Below are positions 1 through 12,284 of a DNA stretch of 64,000 nt, piece after piece (positions within the stretch are counted from its first letter, which is position 1; each line of letters opens with the position of its first letter). Source of the DNA: Eledone cirrhosa. Its lineage: Eukaryota. The notes beneath the pieces are model-generated. The model worked only from the letters and a program-made list of their open reading frames with translations, did not search any database and was not told where the DNA came from. The stretch lies in contig OZ024742.1 of NCBI GenBank assembly GCA_964016885.1, forward strand, positions 176,514,001-176,578,000, in the 5' to 3' direction. Both the position numbers and the translations under genes were made by a program.

Positions 1-731
1 TAGAAAGCATTACAATAATTCCAAAAACCAGAAAAGAAATAGAACTAGAAATATAATATGGTTTGCCCCCCCCCCCTTTCTCACTAAACATTAAAACACA
101 CATCGCTAAACTATTTTTTAATGCTCTTGACAAACGCTTCCCTAGAACACATAAGTATCACTCAATTTTCAATAGACATACCATAAAATTAACATACTCG
201 TCCACCAAAAATTTAGCACAAAATATTAATAGAATAAATAATAGGAATCTAAAACCTAGCCAAAATACCGAAAATAGCCTAAACAATATTCAAGTAAACA
301 ACTGTAACTGTAGAGATAGATCTAAATGTCCGCTAAATAACAATTGCTTAGTTAAAAATATAATATATAACTGTAATGTTAAAACTGACTTAAATTCTTT
401 TAATTATGTTGGTTCCACCTCGACAGAATTTAAACTTCGCTATAATAATCACAAGAATTCTTTCACGGATCCAAGTAAAAAATCTTCAACATCACTATCA
501 GGTTTACTCTGGCAACTTAAACATGATAACGTTGGATATTCGATGGTTTGGAATATAGTCTCAAAAGGGATTCCTTTTAATTCCTCTTCTGTGACATGTG
601 ACCTCTGCGCGGAGGAGATATTCTTTATACTAAAATCTAAAAATTCCCTTAATTTACGGACCAATTTATTCAGCTGCTGCAGACATAGATTGAACTCAAC
701 TTTTAAATATAGATATAAATTTAAAATGTAG
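1..731 (+). pseudogene. Penelope-like element, C-terminal linker plus GIY-YIG endonuclease (5' part runs off the window)
   Basis: The translation has (I)W.PPFS...FP..HKYHSIFNRHTIKLTYS, CNCR....CPL...CL, the GIY-YIG motif IIYNC...YVGSTSTEFKLRYNNHK, and CDLC..E and CCRHR. It is paralogous to 6380-7160 and 53250-54060. Confidence 0.9.
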
Positions 732-1592
732 TATATTTACTTAAGATTGTTAACTATTTATGAAACTTGCCGATAAATCTTTCGATTCCTTCAATTTTTT
801 TTTAAAACCTTCTGCATGAGTATATAAATTAATAAGATTAATTAAAGTACCCTATAATGGTGATGTTCCCAATCTATTGAATAAATGTTTAAGCTAGATA
901 AACTTCTATAATAAATATAAGAGCATTTGTCGAATAAATTGTTTTTGAATGATTTCTGCTAAGTAAGGTTTGTTGAATAATTTTGGTTTAGTTTACTTTT
1001 GATTATGATTGCTTCTAATGAACTTGACAATATATTGTCAAATAAATTTGAAGGGTGGTTTTCTGTTGTTGATATGCGTGGCATACTATGTTTTATTGCG
1101 TCCCTAGTTACTCTGTGGAGTGACGAAGATATTCTTGGCGTTTTCAATACATTTTTTTAGTATATTTTTTAAATATTTTTTTAATATATTTTTAATATAT
1201 TGATATCTGTTGTCTATTCTAGGCTTGAACGATAATCATGTAAGTGAGGGCAAGAATATTATTATTAATATTAATGTACACTTTATGTCTATATATATAT
1301 GTATGTACATATATGTATGGTGGAATCTTTTGTAACGCAATGAAGCTTTTCATGAAAATATGATTTTACAGAGCCGATCACGTAAATTCACATGTGTGTC
1401 CTTAATTGTCAACTTGAATTTGAGATAACCTTCTCTTTTTCTTTTTTCATGAAAATACATATATACTTATGTATTTCAGTATTTTTGAAGTTTTATCTCA
1501 GATTTTGCTTATAAACCTAAGAATTTTTAAACTAAACATGGGGTCATTACTTTTTCATTTTTTCATATTTATAAAACGGTTTATATATTGTA

Positions 1593-1655
1593 TTTTGTCT
1601 GAGGAAGGCATACCATATTTTTAATAATGGTATCCCTGAAATATATATAATGAAA
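1593..1655 (+). ncRNA. Type I minimal hammerhead ribozyme in the 3' pLTR
   Basis: ttttgt-CTGAGGA-aggcataccat..atggtatccct-GAAA-tatata-TA-atgaaa; helix III is short and palindromic. Confidence 0.75.
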
Positions 1656-1697
1656 TAAATATGGTTTTATAAATATAGTTTCCATTTGTCTAATATC

Positions 1698-1698
1698 G

Positions 1699-1758
<60 letters not shown>

Positions 1759-1760
1759 TG

Positions 1761-1794
<34 letters not shown>

Positions 1795-1902
1795 CCTATA
1801 TCCATATACGTATATCCATATACGTATATACACATATATACACATGCACACATACATATATATATATACTTACATACATGAAGATATATATATATATATA
1901 TT

Positions 1903-1988
<86 letters not shown>

Positions 1989-2122
1989 AGTGTGTGTGTG
2001 TGTCTATATGCGTGTATGTGTGTGTCTGTGTGTGTATAGATACGTATATGGGTATAAGAGTGTGGTTTTTTGCGAATGTGTATATATATATATATATTTG
2101 TGTGTATATATATATATTCATG

Positions 2123-2185
<63 letters not shown>
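1698..2185. repeat. Compound (TA)n/(TG)n microsatellite, representative of dozens in the window
   Basis: Dinucleotide runs seen directly; they explain the [12 protein letters not shown] ORFs. Confidence 0.97.
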
Positions 2186-2188
<3 letters not shown>

Positions 2189-2700
2189 AATATAACACAG
2201 AGTTATTAACTCATACTGAAACCCTGCAATTAACAAGCTCAAAGTATAAATACTGAGTATTATATATAATAATATATGGAGAAATAAACACAGTAAATTG
2301 TGTGTCTAAAATTACGAGGGTTGAAATAACTCATTGGTTTGATAATTTTAACCTGAAGCAAACGGAAGATATAGAATACGGACCGTCTCAAAAACTTTTT
2401 CATCTCTCGGACAGAATAGAGATTTAATCTGTTTCGTCCTGAAAATTGTGTTTGTAACAGATAATTTTTTGGCTTTCCTCAGTGAGAGACAAGATCGAAT
2501 GGAACAACCACTTACAACGAAAAGCCACACGAATGAATATCTCACCTCGTGTGCCGGACGCTAGAAGTGGTGTGAGTGGATATGCTAAACATAATAGCAT
2601 TAATACATCCAACTTATGAGCTCACCTAATTAGGAAGCCGAAATACAAATAAAATACAGAGTTACTAACAACTGCAATTAACAAGTTCAAAGTATAAATG
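2183..2700 (-). mobile_element. ~460-bp non-coding HHR-bearing unit with terminal direct repeat (retrozyme-like or solo pLTR)
   Basis: 2183-2250 is imperfectly repeated at 2643-2700. A homologue lies at 31850-32215. Confidence 0.65.
2403..2489 (-). ncRNA. Type I hammerhead ribozyme with full helix III
   Basis: Reverse complement: tctctca-CTGAGGA-aagcc...ggac-GAAA-cagatta-aatctc-tattctg-TC-cgagaga. Confidence 0.75.
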
Positions 2701-2711
2701 TTTATTTCTAC

Positions 2712-2834
<123 letters not shown>

Positions 2835-3216
2835 TATATATATAAGTATGTATACGTATATACATATATGTATACAAACAAACAGTAGTATGTATATATA
2901 TACTTACATGCACACATATATATGTATGTACGTATAGATTTACCGAACATTTATTATAATGCTCGGTTTGTTTGTAAACACAATCTCGAATTAAACCGTA
3001 CAGTGTGTAGCAACCATCGTTGCTCTTTTGTTCAACACGGACAAAGGCACGATTGACTAGTTTCAAGCTTATTAGCTATCGTCAGCACCCTATACTTTCC
3101 TGCCAGATGATTTAACGTCTGAAAGTATATGCTTTCTTTATGCATATTAACGGCTGAGCAGCCTAATTTGCATATCGAGTGAGTTAATCGGCCGGGCGCA
3201 CCGTTTCATTTTTTCC

Positions 3217-3281
<65 letters not shown>

Positions 3282-4292
3282 CTAGCACCAGTACCCAGCG
3301 TTGCCTGGGTAGGTAAAATAATATCTGCTTTGATGAAAAGGTGTTGATTTTAGCTACTGCTTCTCGATGACTCATCTATGGCTACTTACAGACCATGCGG
3401 GGGAGGGTAGTGATGACCTCTATCACCGAGAAACGCGTGTGACTGACGAAGGGGCATGCTGGGGGAGGGAGGTAATGACATCTAACACTAAACCAAATTT
3501 CCTCACGCTACTTGATTGGAAACCGATGAATTCTCAAATACACAGCTAAAAGTTCAGATGACGTCAGTTGCCATCGTTTTGCCTTTGACCATCTATAAGA
3601 TGTGCAATTATAGGTTCTATCGTAGTATAAAAGTTGAACAAAATAAATTGATTCATGCGTTAGGTGGAGCCGAAGTTTCGAATTTGAACGAAATCGGTTG
3701 AAAAATGTGGGAGCTAGAGCCGAAAAGGCGGAAATTTGAGTGAAAAGATGGTATTTCCGAATATTTAAGCGGCTGTCACGCCGTCCCTGAACAAAACATC
3801 CAAAATGTAAAGCCACCTTAAGACGTAAAATAATCAGATCTAGCGTAGTGTAAATTCTGAACAAAGTCGGTTGATTAATGTTGGAGCTAGAGCCAAAAAA
3901 GTGGAAATTTGAGTCTAAAAGTGGTTCATTTGAATATTTAAGCGGCTGCCCCGCCGTCTCTGAACCACAAATGCAAAACATAAAGCTATTAGAGAATGTG
4001 CAATGATAAATTCTATTTTGCTTTAAAATTTGAACGAAATCGGTGGCAAAATGGGGAAGCTAGAGCCAAAAATCTTACTTTTCGATACCTAAAAAAAGCT
4101 GATCCCCTATGGATTTTTTTCTGCAGAATGACCCCGGAATAAAAAGACCGATACATTGATATATAGAAAACACTCCCTGATGACTAATCTATGAGCCTGT
4201 AAAGTATCATGAAAATCGGTCGTAAGATATAGGCTCCTATAGGTAATACACAGACACACACACACACATACTTAATTCTATATATATACAGA
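3282..4292 (-). mobile_element. Non-autonomous Helitron
   Basis: On the minus strand: 5' TC(tgtatatatatag), 3' hairpin acccaggcaacgctgggt, then CTAG, inserted at A|T. Internal ~180-bp imperfect repeats at 3680-4072. Confidence 0.75.
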
Positions 4293-4300
4293 TATATATA

Positions 4301-5118
4301 TATAAATCAAAATGGCGAGCTGTGTTGTTGCAATGAAGTATAATGAAAAATTAGAAATTATAAGTTAGGATTATCCGTCATCGATTGTCTACTAGGCATC
4401 ATACTGTTAGCGATAAGATACCCCAGCCTAGGGCGATTCAATAACTAAAATAAGTTATTGGGATAAAAAGAAGTGGGTAGAGAAAGAGAAAGACATGTAA
4501 ACAGACACGAAGGGTGAAACAACGCAAAGAGAGGAAAATTAGGACAAATATCAAGTCAATAATTCATTTTGAACATAAGAACAGGTGTATTTTGACGAGA
4601 GAGAAAAAGACAGCGTCTTGACCGTAGCAGTGTGAGTGAGAAGAAAGACCGCGTATAGTGCTGGACGATGGAGGAAGTGAGAGAGAGGGTGAGTAGCAGA
4701 GAGTGAGTGAGTGAAAGTGCGAGGAAGAGGCTAGCCGAGAGAAGGTAACTAGCAGAGGGGGTGAGTGAAAGTAAGAGGAGGAAGGAGAGAGAGAAGGGGG
4801 AGAGAAACGGATAGCATCAATGGAAGAGAAAAAGACGGTCACAGCAAAGGGGGCAGCTTATATGAATCAAAATGGCGAGCTGTGTTGTTGCAGTTAAGTA
4901 TAATGAAAAATTCTCTTTACCTTGCTTCAACCTTCGTGTCTGTTTACATCTCTTTCTCTTTCTCAACCCACTTCTTTTTACCCCAATAACTTATTTTAGC
5001 TATTGAATCACCTTAGGCTGAGGTATCTTGTCTCTAACGCGAAGAAATACCTATGATGCTTATTAGACAACTGATGATGAATAATCCTAACTTCTAATTA
5101 CTAATTTTTCATTATATA
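4301..5118. mobile_element. ~560-bp purine/pyrimidine-skewed non-coding element with a 52-bp terminal direct repeat plus an inverted arm
   Basis: 4301-4352 recurs at 4861-4912, and 4913-5118 is the inverted copy of about 4340-4535. Homologues at 43900-44385, 45230-45790 and 48990-49610. Confidence 0.7.
5021..5077 (+). ncRNA. Hammerhead-like motif with reordered (pseudoknotted) strands
   Basis: aggta-TC-ttgtct-(10 nt)-GAAA-tacc-(13 nt)-agacaa-CTGATGA. Confidence 0.5.
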
Positions 5119-5165
5119 TACCAAGATATTAATAAATGGAAACTATATTTATAAAACCATATTTA

Positions 5166-5225
5166 TTTTATTATATATATTTCAAGGGCGACCAAGCAAA
5201 CTTGGTGCGCTTTCATCAGATAAAA
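5166..5225 (-). ncRNA. Type I minimal hammerhead ribozyme (inverted pLTR)
   Basis: Reverse complement: ttttat-CTGATGA-aagcgcaccaag-tttg-cttggtcgccctt-GAAA-tatata-TA-ataaaa. Confidence 0.85.
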
Positions 5226-5744
5226 TACAAAATTAGTTTTATAAATAACGACATACCCATGGAAATCGACCTTAACGGTCGGAAATTCGCTGGATAGTGG
5301 AAAATTATTAGGGGTAATTCAAAGTTATGTGTAAATATGCAAATGAATGTATGAAAAATTGAAAAAAACAAGAAAGAGAGAGAGAAAAATAGAGAGAGAA
5401 AAAATTACTGTTATGGGCGAGATAGAGAGAAGAAAGAAATTTATCAGAGGATGAACTCATGTAACGTAAATACGTCTTAAGTTTTTATTAATATTACGTA
5501 TATTTACTAATTATTGTTAGAATTATAATATAAAACAATATAATATTTACTATTATAAGTATATAGAGAAAAATTAGATATATAGAAAAAATAAATATAT
5601 ATAAAGATATATTTAAAAATAAATATATTGAAAAATAAATTAAAATAAATAGATATACAGTAGAAAATAAGTGAATCAATAGATATAAAAATAAAGCCCT
5701 TATCTATGCATCTAAATATACTGATTTGCATATCATTTTAACTG

Positions 5745-7160
5745 CACGGAAAACCTTAAATAAATTCAACAACCATCTCTGGACTAGAGCGGATAGAAAA
5801 AATTATTTCGATATCACCATGGGGTCATCGGTCTCGGCGCAGATAACGGATCTTGTGGGGCTATTTATTAATAATGCACTACATAGAAAACTGAGATGAC
5901 CGGTGGTTTATATCGTGATGATATGTTGCTTTTAATTGGAAATAATAGTACTTGTGAAATTAATAGTAAATGAAAATCAATAATAGACTTTTTTAATAGC
6001 TACAATCTTAAGTTAGAAATAGAGAATAACTATAATATTGTTAACTTTTTAGACGTAACATTAAACCTTAATACAGGGCTCTACTATCCATTCCATAAAA
6101 TTAATGAGAACTTAAACTATGTAAGCTTCAACTCTAATCATCCTAGATCCATTAAGAACACTATTGTAAATTATGTACAACAACGTATTTCTCGAATCTC
6201 TGCGAATAAAAACACATTTGACGATAAGGCAGAATATTATAATGAAGCTTTAATTAGAGCAGGCTATATTAATACGATTAATTACATCGACAACAGTGAT
6301 AAGGCAAATAACCCTACTATTAATTATAATTACAGTAAGAAACCTAACATAAACTCTAAAACTAACAAGAAATATAACTAGAAATATAATTTGGTATGCA
6401 CCTCCATTTTCACTAATTATTAAAACACCTTTAGCTAAACTATTTTTTTAAAGCTCTAGATAAATGTTTTCCCAAAGCCCATAGATACTACTCAATTTTT
6501 AACAGACATACAATAAAACTATCTTACTCTACTACTATAAACTTAGCACAAAATATACATAGAATCAATAATTGTTTCTACTTTTGGCACAAGGCCAGCA
6601 ATTATCCCAGAGTATTACTGGTACTTTATTTTATCGACCCCGTAAGGATGAAAGGCAAAGTTAACCTCGGCGGGAATAGAAATCTAAACCATAACCACAA
6701 TAGCACTAATACCTTTAGCAATATCCAACATAATAATACCGTTCTGAATAGCATCAACTCTGCTAAATGTAATTGTAGAATTAAATCTAACTGTCCTTTA
6801 AAAAATAAAGATGTGGTCTATAAATGCACTGTTAAAACGAATGATAATATATTTAATTATATAGGTTCAACTTCTACAGACTTCAAATCTCGTTTCAATA
6901 ATCATAAATGCTCGTTTAATAACATTGGTAAAATATCTTCAACTTCTCTATCAAACCTCATATGGAACTTAAAATCTTAAAAGAAACACTATAAAGCACC
7001 TGCCTACAGAAACAGAGCTTTATCTAGATTTTGCAAATTGTGTGTTGAGGGAATTTTCTTCATATTTAAATGTAAGGACTCTATTAATATACATATGAAT
7101 TTATTTAGTTCTTGTAAACATCGCCTAAACTCAACATTTAGAACTATATATAAAATATAA
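5745..7160 (+). pseudogene. PLE RT (YRDD type, possibly Naiad-like) plus GIY-YIG, with stops/frameshifts and a SINE insertion
   Basis: FDITMGS..SAQITDLVGLFI, GLYRDDML, VNFLDVTLNL, SNHP, CNCR...CPL, VVYKC...YIGSTS..FK.RFNNHK. Confidence 0.88.
6570..6675 (-). mobile_element. 5'-truncated tRNA-derived SINE inserted in the PLE
   Basis: Reverse complement of the family core tcccgccgaggttaactttgcctttcatccttacggggtcgataaaataaagtaccagtaat...ggccttgtgcc. Confidence 0.88.
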
Positions 7161-8386
7161 TTACACTTATAATCTTTTCTACATAATGTTTACTTTATTC
7201 CAATGCCTATAATTTCATTTATTAACATTTAAAAAAAATTTAAGTTTAACTCTAATTTTAATATTTTTTATTTCTTAAATTTTTATTTTTTACTGCTTAA
7301 ATCTTGCATGTTTTATTTACTTCTAAAATATCTCATTTTTAATTTTATTTCTAAAATATCTCATATATTTAAAAATTACTCATTTTTAAAAGTTACTTGT
7401 TTCTTAAAAAAATAGTTTTAAAGATTATCTAAAATTTTCTAATTATTTTTATTTTTTTTAAAGGGTTTTTGCGTATCTTCCGTGATTTAAAAAAATTTTT
7501 TCCAGAAACGTTTTCCAGGAATTTTTTCAGAAATTTTAATATATTTATATTTTTTAATATTTTTTAATACTTTAATATTTTGTAATTATTTAATATTAGA
7601 GTTATAACCAATAATTAACTAATTCTGGCTAAATATTTCTTTCAACATTTATATCTTCGTCAAAATGGTCTCATACTAGCTAATAAATAAACAAAACTGG
7701 GATTTTCACTATCTTCTCATTTTAAAACATTAAAAACATATAAATAATCTTATTAACTCAGTTAATGTTATTACTCACACTAAATATAAACCAGTATGCG
7801 TCACAACTTATTAATACAATTATCTATAAGATGATATACCCATTTATCCACTCATATATCTATTATTCTATCTACATTTTTCTATCTATTGATTCACTTA
7901 TTTTCTACTGTATATCTATTTATTTAAATTTATTGTTCAATATATTTATTTTTAAATATATCTTTATATATATTTATTTTTTCAATATATCTATTTTTTT
8001 TCTAATACTTATAATATTAAATATTATATTGTATTAAATTATAATTCTAACATTATTAGTAAATATACGTAACATTAATAAAAACTTAAGACGTATTTAC
8101 GTTACATGAGTTAATCCTTTGATACATTTCTTTCTTCTCTCTATGTCTCTAATAACAGTAATTTTTTCTCTCTCTATCTTTTCTATCTCTCTTTCTTGTC
8201 TTTCTTCCCTATATTTCACCAGCGTAATTTAAATAAACGGTTGTTTTTTTCAATTTTTCATACATTCATTTGCATATGTACACATAACTTTGAATTACCC
8301 CTAATAAGTTTCTACTATCCAGCGAATTTCCGACCGTTATGGTGGATTTCCTTGGTTATGTCGTTATTTATAAAAATAATTTTGTA

Positions 8387-8446
8387 TTTTATCTGATGAA
8401 AGCGCACCAAGATGGCTTGGTCGCCCTTGAAATATATAGAATAAAA
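8387..8446 (+). ncRNA. Type I minimal hammerhead in the 3' pLTR; cleavage-site U mutated to G
   Basis: ttttat-CTGATGA-aagcgcaccaag..cttggtcgccctt-GAAA-tatata-GA-ataaaa. Confidence 0.75.
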
Positions 8447-8599
8447 TAAATATGGTTTTATATATATATAGTTTCCTTTTCTTAATATCTTGGAATATTT
8501 ACTCCAGTTACTTGTTGAGTGCTATATATCAGTTATAAACATTTATATTTGTCGGAATTCCACCAAATAAAATATAACTTCTACACACACACATACACG

Positions 8600-8683
<84 letters not shown>

Positions 8684-9104
8684 CATATATATATATATAT
8701 ATATATATGTATGGGTGTGTATATATGTGTATATGCGTATATGTGTATAGGTATATATATATATGTGTGTGTGTGTGTGTATATATATATATGTGTGTAT
8801 ATATATGTATATATATATGTGTGTATATATGTGTGTATGTATATATTATATATGTATGTATATGTGTGTATGTGTGGGTGTGTATATATATATGTATATA
8901 TATATATGTATATATATGTATATATATATATACACACATATATATACATATATATGTGTGTATGCATGTATATGTGTCTGTATATATATATATGTATATG
9001 TGTATGTACACATATATATATAAGTGTATGTGTATGTATATGAGTGTGTATGTATATATATATATACATATAAGTGTGTGTGTGTGTGTGTGCGTGTGTG
9101 TGTA

Positions 9105-9145
<41 letters not shown>

Positions 9146-9567
9146 ATGTGAGTGTTTGCGTGATTGTGCTTGTAGACACCTGAAAATAGATTAAGAGAAA
9201 CTTAACAATAAGGAGAGGCAACACAAACTTGAACCTGCTTATAGATTTCTTTCTGCCTTTGTCACTCTAAATACAGTTTTAAAGAATTAGCTTTTAAAGA
9301 AATCCCCTTTCTTTAAACCCATCAAGCATAGACCTCCACTCATCCTGTAGACACCTGAAATACAGGCATTGTTAGCTTAAGAGAAACTTAAAAATAAGGA
9401 GTGCTCCTCCAATCTCAACATGTTTATATTATTCTTTCTGCCTTTGTCACTTTAAAGAATTCCCCTTTCTTTAAACCCATCAACCAATAACCTCCGCCCA
9501 TCCTAATGCCCACCCTCTCCTACCACCAGAAAAGATATAAATACCACCATATTTACTTGGACAGTCA

Positions 9568-9616
9568 GCTTCCTCATGATTTCGCATGACTGAAACAGTT
9601 CTAATTCTGTAGAAGC
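9568..9616 (+). ncRNA. Degenerate type I hammerhead (G5 to C)
   Basis: gcttc-CTCATGA-...-GAAA-cag-ttctaatt-ctg-TA-gaagc. Helix I covaries with the 49701 copy (gattc/gaatc). It follows a ~177-bp tandem duplication at 9170-9500. Confidence 0.6.
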
Positions 9617-9628
9617 TTTTTATATTAA

Positions 9629-9699
<71 letters not shown>

Positions 9700-10331
9700 T
9701 AAAAGGAAAAGAAAATGCTGACAAATTGTTCCCAGTGAAAAATAGTTTAAATAGGAATAAGTAAAAATTAGTAATATTATTGGTTAGTATTCAGTTTTGG
9801 TTTTAAGTTTTACCGGTTGTGCATTTCTAATGCTTTTCAAAAATAATTTTGAGATAGAGCGCCCCTGATATTTGCTCTAATCTGATTAGTTTTGGAAATT
9901 ATACCTGTTTTACGTAAAAAAAAAGTGGCTACAGATGTATGAAAAAGTTCTTGTGGTCAAAACAATTTTGATTGGTCGGTAGAGGTCATGTGAATGTTAA
10001 AAATTGATTTTGCGCCAAATGTAGGTTTCTCTCGGCTGATTGAGAAGTCACTGAAAAATAAGTCTTTCAAGACAAATATGTGTGTGTGTGTGTGTGTGTA
10101 GTAGTAGTAGAAGTAAAGAAGTTCGTTGTTGTGATAATGGTCAGCAGGGATGTGTGTGCGAACCGCATCCTGTTGACAGTTCAAATGCCTATTAAGACAA
10201 GTGTGTGTGTGTGTGTGTGTAGCAGATTAATTCGTGGTAGAGGGATGGTCAGTAGGAATGTGTCTGTACGTGTGTGGGGGATATTTTAACATGTTAAAAG
10301 ATCTTTTTCAGCTCTTGTCTTATACAGAGAA

Positions 10332-10453
<122 letters not shown>

Positions 10454-10559
10454 GAAATAACAAGGACGATTGGTTCAAATGTACAGCATACTTTTAAACG
10501 TGAGGTTGTGGGGTCGAATTCTGGATCGGCCGATTCTGGAAATTCTGCTTCGTAGAAGT

Positions 10560-10850
10560 GGTTGCCGTATTTGTCTAGAACTTTGCGGCAGAGAATGGTT
10601 TCCAAATATCCCATGACATGGTTGGCGTATTTGGGGGCCACTTTCGTGCTCATGGCAGTCCCAGATTTCTGTCTGTAGTATTTGGCATTGAACTCGAAGA
10701 AATTGTTTTCCAATATGAATTTGAGTCCCTCCAACACAAATTCTTTAGGGATGCGCTGTGGGAGTTCACTAGGGAAGTTTTCCATCCAGAATCGTATTGC
10801 CTCTATAGCTAGGTTGTGTGGGATATTGGAATATAAAGAGCAACACTTGG
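10560..10850 (-). pseudogene. PLE reverse transcriptase fragment
   Basis: LYSNIPHNLAIEA and FILENNFFEFNAKYYRQKSGTAMSTKVAPKYAN.MGYLE. Confidence 0.85.
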
Positions 10851-11337
10851 TATCGGTTGAACGGCTATATATATATCAATACTTGTGTAAATATTTATAT
10901 TTAATTAATTTATAATACACTCGCTTATGGTAGAGTCAATATTTGGCCGAATCGGATTGCTTTATCCAGCAGCACGCTACCTACCAATGTCCACCTTTAC
11001 TATCCTCCTGTTAACCGCTAATAACGTGACATTTCTTCCATTTGAAATTATCGCTGATAGCGAACAACACGTAAACATTTTCTATATATTGAATTTTCTT
11101 TCTGGATTGAGAAAAGTATCCTGGTGATTTGAGATGTCTCACAATCCTCAGAGTATTGTTATTTTCTCAATGAAACTGCAGAAGGAACATCAAAGTAAGT
11201 AAATAAAGATATTTTTCTATTTTGTTCGCTTTTCCCAGATATGATTATATATATTTATATAAACACACACACACACACACACACACACCACCCCCACACA
11301 CACATATATATATATATATTAATAGACTATACATAAG

Positions 11338-11426
<89 letters not shown>

Positions 11427-11464
11427 GATATAAATAACATATAACACTGTACATAATATTACAG

Positions 11465-11760
11465 TAGAAAAAACTCTTCTCTCAGATCATGACATGGTTC
11501 TTTGTAACTTGAGATTCCATCAGCCGAAAGCTAATCCTAGGGAACTCTTTCCAGCCCACACATTTGATAACACGGATCTCTATATTGCCAACTGGGATTC
11601 AATCATGAACGAGCTATCACATGTTGACTGGTCTTTTACACTCACACTCATTTCCACCAACATCAAAACATCCTGGCAGATCTTTGTAGACATTGTCACA
11701 AATATATTTGGAACACACACCCCACCAAAACCTGTGAACAAAACTAATAGAAATATTGAA
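11465..11760 (+). pseudogene. CR1/L2-like LINE ORF2 fragment (endonuclease end plus linker)
   Basis: LSDHDMVL (APE end motif), followed by ANWDSI..ELSHVDW..W..F..I......HTP. Confidence 0.6.
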
Positions 11761-12120
11761 TCTAGTAGTTCATTTCATTTCACTTCACTTCTCTGGTGGC
11801 TTCCCATTTTGAAGGAAGAGAGACATCATATCCTCTGGCCGTATTCAACGCTATGACGATTGCTACATGAGCAGATCCGCTTCTGTTTGCCAGCTATGAA
11901 TAGCAGTTGAAAAACTGGCAGTAATGATAATTCTGAAGATCTCAGCTCCAGGTGACCATTATCGATTTCATGTGAGAAGGTAAAATATGATAAGAGCAAA
12001 CATTTAGAACTATGTTTGCTTAAAGGACGGCCTCAACTTTGTTGGTGAAACTTGCTTAAAGCCATTCGGATGTATCTCTCCTCCTCTCTCTATACATATA
12101 TATATATGTGTGTGTATGTA

Positions 12121-12193
<73 letters not shown>

Positions 12194-12284
12194 GTGTGCG
12201 TGTTTGTGTGTATATATGTTTATGTATATATATTAGTATATAGATGTATGTATATGTTTATACTTATATATATATATATATATA

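Larger units (their letters stand above)
5121..8493 (+). mobile_element. 5'-truncated Penelope-like element with inverted 5' pLTR
   Basis: 5121-5690 is the reverse complement of about 7875-8493, and an RT/EN remnant lies between the arms. Confidence 0.88.

Noticed and set aside
1581-2256. Long [12 protein letters not shown] ORFs here and throughout the window
   Set aside because: They are translations of stop-free dinucleotide microsatellites, not genes.
5971-5973. In-frame TGA in the YRDD-type RT as possible selenocysteine (reported for some Naiad PLEs)
   Set aside because: It aligns to Arg in the paralogue (KTRKQL), consistent with CGA to TGA decay, and the copy has other disruptions.
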